DNA of 53,244 bases from Octopus bimaculoides (lineage: Eukaryota): assembly GCF_001194135.2 (NCBI RefSeq), contig NC_068982.1, forward strand, positions 88,936,796-88,990,039. The letters run 5' to 3'. This document shows positions 49,090 to 53,244 of this stretch, one piece after another; the first letter of the stretch is position 1, and every line of letters begins with the position of its first letter. The notes beneath the pieces were generated by a model. That model did no database searches. It saw nothing but the letters and a program-made list of their open reading frames with translations, and was not told where the DNA came from. The translations under genes were made by a program, and so were the position numbers.

Positions 49090-49404
49090 AGCTTCCTCTC
49101 AAGCTCCTCCAGGTTCACCTCCTCCTCTCCCGCCGCCGCAGCTCATCTCTTCTCTTCCATAACTCTATTCATCTCGTTCAAGCACTTCACCAATTCTTCC
49201 TCCGACGACACATGCTCCGAGGAGGGCAGCCTTCAACGCTCGAGATAGAACAAACTCAAGCCCCTGCAACGTCCTGTTCAACGTTCCTCCATCACAAGAG
49301 GAAAAATTGTCATGCAGCGAAAAAAAACAAAAAAAAAACACGCACAGCCAAAAAACACTTCTACTTCGCACAAATACAACAAGCCGAATAAACTCTGGAT
49401 AACC
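49090..49404 (-). mobile_element. 5' UTR and ORF1 start of the same L1/Tx1-like LINE family as 31502
   Basis: Shared leader CGTG-T-run...GCTG...CCTCTTGT..ATGGAGG (ATG at 49292) and peptide SSEHVSSEEELVKCLNEMNRVMEEKR*AAAAGEEEVNLEELERK. Confidence 0.55.
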
Positions 49405-49443
49405 GGAAGCGAGCTTCTTACCACACAGCCACTCCTGCGCCTT
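49405..49443 (-). mobile_element. SINE-A head (AGGCGCAGGAGTGGCTGTGTGGTAAGAAGCTCGCTTCC) joined to a LINE 5' end
   Basis: Near-consensus head that stops at GCTTCC. Confidence 0.8.
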
Positions 49444-49452
49444 TGTACATAG

Positions 49453-49512
<60 letters not shown>

Positions 49513-49983
49513 GTATACGTATATGTGTATGTTAATGTGTGTGTGTGTCTGTCTGTCTGTGTATCTGTTTGTGTGTGTGTGCTTGTGTGGATGTGGAAGT
49601 TAAGAAGCGGTGATGAGTGAACGTTTCGTAAATATAATTATAAGTTTTCACTTTATATACTGACTATAGATAAGAATCAATATTGAAGCATGTAAACCCA
49701 CGACGGAACAAATGGGTATAGGTAGCGTACTAATACCCATTTTTGCCTACGTCGGTTTACATACCCCAGTATTAGACTATTTTCAATATATGCAATATAT
49801 ACAGTCAATATATACAGTGAAAACTTATAATTATATATACAAACACAATGTTTAGGCCACACGAATCCAGAAACTTCGATGGAATGAAATAAATTGTCTC
49901 TAATGATGGAACTCACAGTAGATAAAGCTATAAATTACAGCCTTCACGAGTACAATAGCACACACACACACACACACACACAA

Positions 49984-50066
<83 letters not shown>

Positions 50067-50466
50067 TTAATAGTAACGCTAACACAAACACTCAAACACA
50101 CATATATGTAATGAAAAACAAAACTACACAAAAAACATGCTTGCTTTTTATACGTTATGTATACTTGTATTTCAATGAGTAAACCACATATTTTCCGTAC
50201 ATCAGCAACAAACACAAATTTAAAGTTATATATAAATGCAATCATACAAAATACAAATAAACTAAAGCAGTAAAACAAGTGAATAGTGATAACAAATCAC
50301 TAGTCACACTATGAACAAAAACAGAGAGATAGGTAAAGAGAATGACAAATAAGGTAGAAGAGATTAGTATGAGCATAAAATGAAATAGAAGGCTAAACAT
50401 AAAACAGTCAAATGTTAAATACACTAACGTAGAGGTAATAAAATTAAAAGATTTTTATAGTAATAA

Positions 50467-50682
50467 TCCTTTCTACTAGAGGCATAAGTCCTAAAATTTG
50501 GGGGGAGTGGGGCTAGTAGATTATAAAGACCCAGTGCTCGACTGGTACAAATTTTTTTATTAAACACCAAACGGATGAACGGCAATACCGACTTCGGTGG
50601 AATTTGAACTCAGTGCATGAAGTCAGCTGAAATGCCGCAAAGGAATTTGACGGCGTGTCAACGATTCTGCTCGATCACCGAC
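50467..50682 (-). mobile_element. SINE family B, degraded
   Basis: Aligns loosely to 28672-28892. Confidence 0.65.
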
Positions 50683-50960
50683 TGTCTTGCATAGTAATGA
50701 TGATAAGGTGGTTATATGAAGGATTTTAGGATTTTAAGGTAGGCCCGAAAACTGAGCCGCTAAGTCACTAATAACTTATCGTGCACCACNNNNNNNNNNN
50801 NNNNNNNNNNNNNNNNNNNNNNNNNNNNNNNNNNNNNNNNNNNNNNNNNNNNNNNNNNNNNNNNNNNNNNNNNNNNNNNNNNNNNNNNNNNNNNNNNNNN
50901 NNNNNNNNNNNNNNNNNNNNNNNNNNNNNNNNNNNNNNNNNNNNNNNNNNNNNNNNNNNT

Positions 50961-51466
50961 TATCACATGGAACATCAGTCTTCGTCTCCTTTTTTCGATT
51001 AAAACATTATTGATAGAAATGGTAAGACAACAAAAAAATCGTCGAAACAGAATTCTCGATTCACGGTGTGGCCCTGGGGGACGAATTTTCGATGCACAAT
51101 ATCGCGGATATCGAAAAGATTATGAGCATGCTCTTGATTGATCTGCAGCTTTATCGTGCTTTCTTCGGTCGTGGAGATGAGGACTTTTCCATTGTGATGT
51201 ACCCGTAGCCGACTACCCAAGTTTAACGCAAAATTTCACGTTGGTTCTTTGTTCCAGTTTCCTGTCTATTGGAAAAGCCGTAGACTACAGCATACACGTG
51301 ATCACAAAAACATAAATTTTACAACTTGCAAAGTAAACACAGCGATGTCACTCGGCACACTGCTTCATGAAGGATACTGCCAGCTCTCACTGCGTACGCA
51401 GCCGTGTGTTGTCATGTGTTGGCACGCTACTGAACCAGTCCGAGAACGACTTGATACCACCTCGTA
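50961..51466 (-). mobile_element. Internally deleted mariner (irritans/marmoratus-like terminus)
   Basis: LFDIRDIVHRKFVPQGHTVNREF (cf. FFD.RGIVH.EFVP.GQTVN..FY), and terminus TACGAGGTGGTATCAAG at 51466. Confidence 0.7.
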
Positions 51467-51599
51467 CATTATGATTGCAAAGCGAAGTACTGCCTCCTTG
51501 CTAGCAATTACTATTTGGACTGTAAGTTTATTCTATTTCTTCTTGTGAAAGAGTTTGTTTAGTTTTATCAGAATACCTGCTCGGGTTTTTGTTTCCATT

Positions 51600-52257
51600 T
51601 CTCATTGATGATACACTTACGAAGTGATATCTCTGAATCCTATCAAGTGTTAGAGTCATATCTCAAACAATATTTCTTTCGCACACTTTATCTCTTTGAA
51701 TAAACTGCTTTGAAGCGTATTTTAATTTTAAGTGTTTTTTTATAGAGCTTAGTCCAGATGCTGTCAAAACTCCACTTGTTAGGCTATACTGTTTGCAGAA
51801 GGTTTACTATTGAATTTTAACATTGATGTTATCGGTCATAATCTACATCTGAATAAAAGTGCTCTCGAGAAACTTTACATGAGGGGTTTTATATCAGAGA
51901 TTATGAGTCATTTTGAAATAGCCTTGACCTAGCTCCACTACAACAGAGCATTTCTGGTTTGCGTTAAGCTTTGAAACAGTTCAACACATATTGCAATCAC
52001 TCACTAGCCATAGGTTTACAATCATGTCAATCATCTATCATCACATATGTAGAATTTTACTGATAACAGCTCAGTATATTAATGATATTGCATTGCTGCC
52101 ATCCTTTGATAAGGATATCGAGGCAATATCGAATAGCAATGGTGAAAGAAGTGGTGAGATGGGCAAGTTTAAAAGAATAGCATGAATCATATCTTTTTTC
52201 AAGTACCAGTTAAAATCGAAGATATTAGAAAGAGATTCTGCTTTGAGATCAGGAATT
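51600..52257 (-). pseudogene. Possible very old LINE reverse-transcriptase relic
   Basis: LSPLLFDIA followed by a frameshifted YxDD-like segment (TACATATGTGATGAT). Confidence 0.3.
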
Positions 52258-52529
52258 TCCATCCATCCATCCATCCATCCATCCATCCATCCATACATAC
52301 ATACATACATACATACATACATACATACAAACACACACACATGCATACATATATACATGTATACATGCATGCGTGCATACATGCATGTTTATATGTATGC
52401 ATGCACACATACATACAGACATACATACATATATACATATATAATACATACATACATCATACATATATACATACATACTTACATACATACATACATACAT
52501 ACATACATGCATACATAAAGGATAACCCC

Positions 52530-52898
52530 GAGGTCAAAGAAGTAAAATCCCACAGTATGGTGGAAGCCATGCCTCTCATAATAAAAAGGAGTACTTGTGG
52601 AATGCCCCAGTGAAATCCCCAATAAAATGTAAGCACATTAGACCTGATATAATGATTTGGGACGGAGAAGTGAAACAGTGTACAGATCTGGAAATCAGCT
52701 GCCCAGCAGATGTTAACATAGAGCTAAAGATCTGCGAAGAAGAAAATACTTCTGCTGAACTATTTAGAAATTTGCGATTACTCTATCCAGAGTATTGGGA
52801 GCACTGGCATATGTAACACACTGCCTAAACACCAATCTTGAGAAATTAGGCTTCTCAAAACCAGAAAAAAGAAAGCTGATCCATCACAGGAACTGTAA
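52530..52898 (+). mobile_element. RLE endonuclease end of another R4/Dong-like family
   Basis: WNAPVKSPIKCKHIRPDIMIWD...LEISCPADVNIELK...GALAYV...GTV. Confidence 0.75.
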
Positions 52899-52924
52899 TC
52901 TATATATATAAAAATGAGAATGTG

Positions 52925-52955
<31 letters not shown>

Positions 52956-53244
52956 GTGTGTGTGTGTGTTTCCCTAAAACTCGAGAACTACACAACCAAT
53001 TTCATTCAAATTTTACACATGTCTTACTTAGGGTTCCGGTTGTGTTTTAGTCAAAAAAAATTTTAACTTCTTGCATAGTCCGAGCCCACAGCAACATCAT
53101 ATCTCCTCCACTATTTAAGTATTACGTGTTAAAAGTGAAACAAAAAACACTCATGTCAAAAACTTTCACTTTAAAAATGAAACTATTCCACTAACTGAAA
53201 CAATCACATTTCGATACTGTAATGACAGATACTTTCACTTTAAT
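52899..53244 (+). mobile_element. Probable Helitron 5' end
   Basis: A^TCTATATATATAAAAATGAGAATGTGTGTCTGTCTG..., i.e. a 5'-TC terminus after A followed by a (CTGT)n tract. It interrupts the RLE frame. Confidence 0.55.

Overview
This is AT-rich, repeat-dense eukaryotic DNA with many N gaps, each next to a microsatellite. The SINE and LINE complement matches what I recall of octopus genomes; that species assignment is an inference. I found no intact host gene, rRNA, true tRNA or CRISPR array, so the window reads as intron or intergenic space made of transposon relics. Retroelements: at least 8 fragments of R4/Dong-type RLE LINEs, RTE-like fragments, two Penelope-like elements, two 5' ends of a Tx1/L1-like LINE, and three or four tRNA-derived SINE families. 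DNA transposon relics: MULE, Chapaev3-like, mariner, maT/DD37D, hAT and Helitron. Three observations stand out. (1) Two diverged LINE 5' ends (31502+ and 49404-) join the same nucleotide of a SINE head (GCTTCC^), which suggests a SINE-targeting site-specific retrotransposon or a SINE-head/LINE chimera. (2) Dong/R4 LINEs and a ~580 bp non-coding element without a tRNA head cluster in (TAA)n arrays. (3) There are two minimal hammerhead-ribozyme motifs, one directly behind a Penelope-like ORF. All family names come from manual translation and motif recall, not database searches. Most boundaries are approximate (about +/-20 bp, more for old relics).
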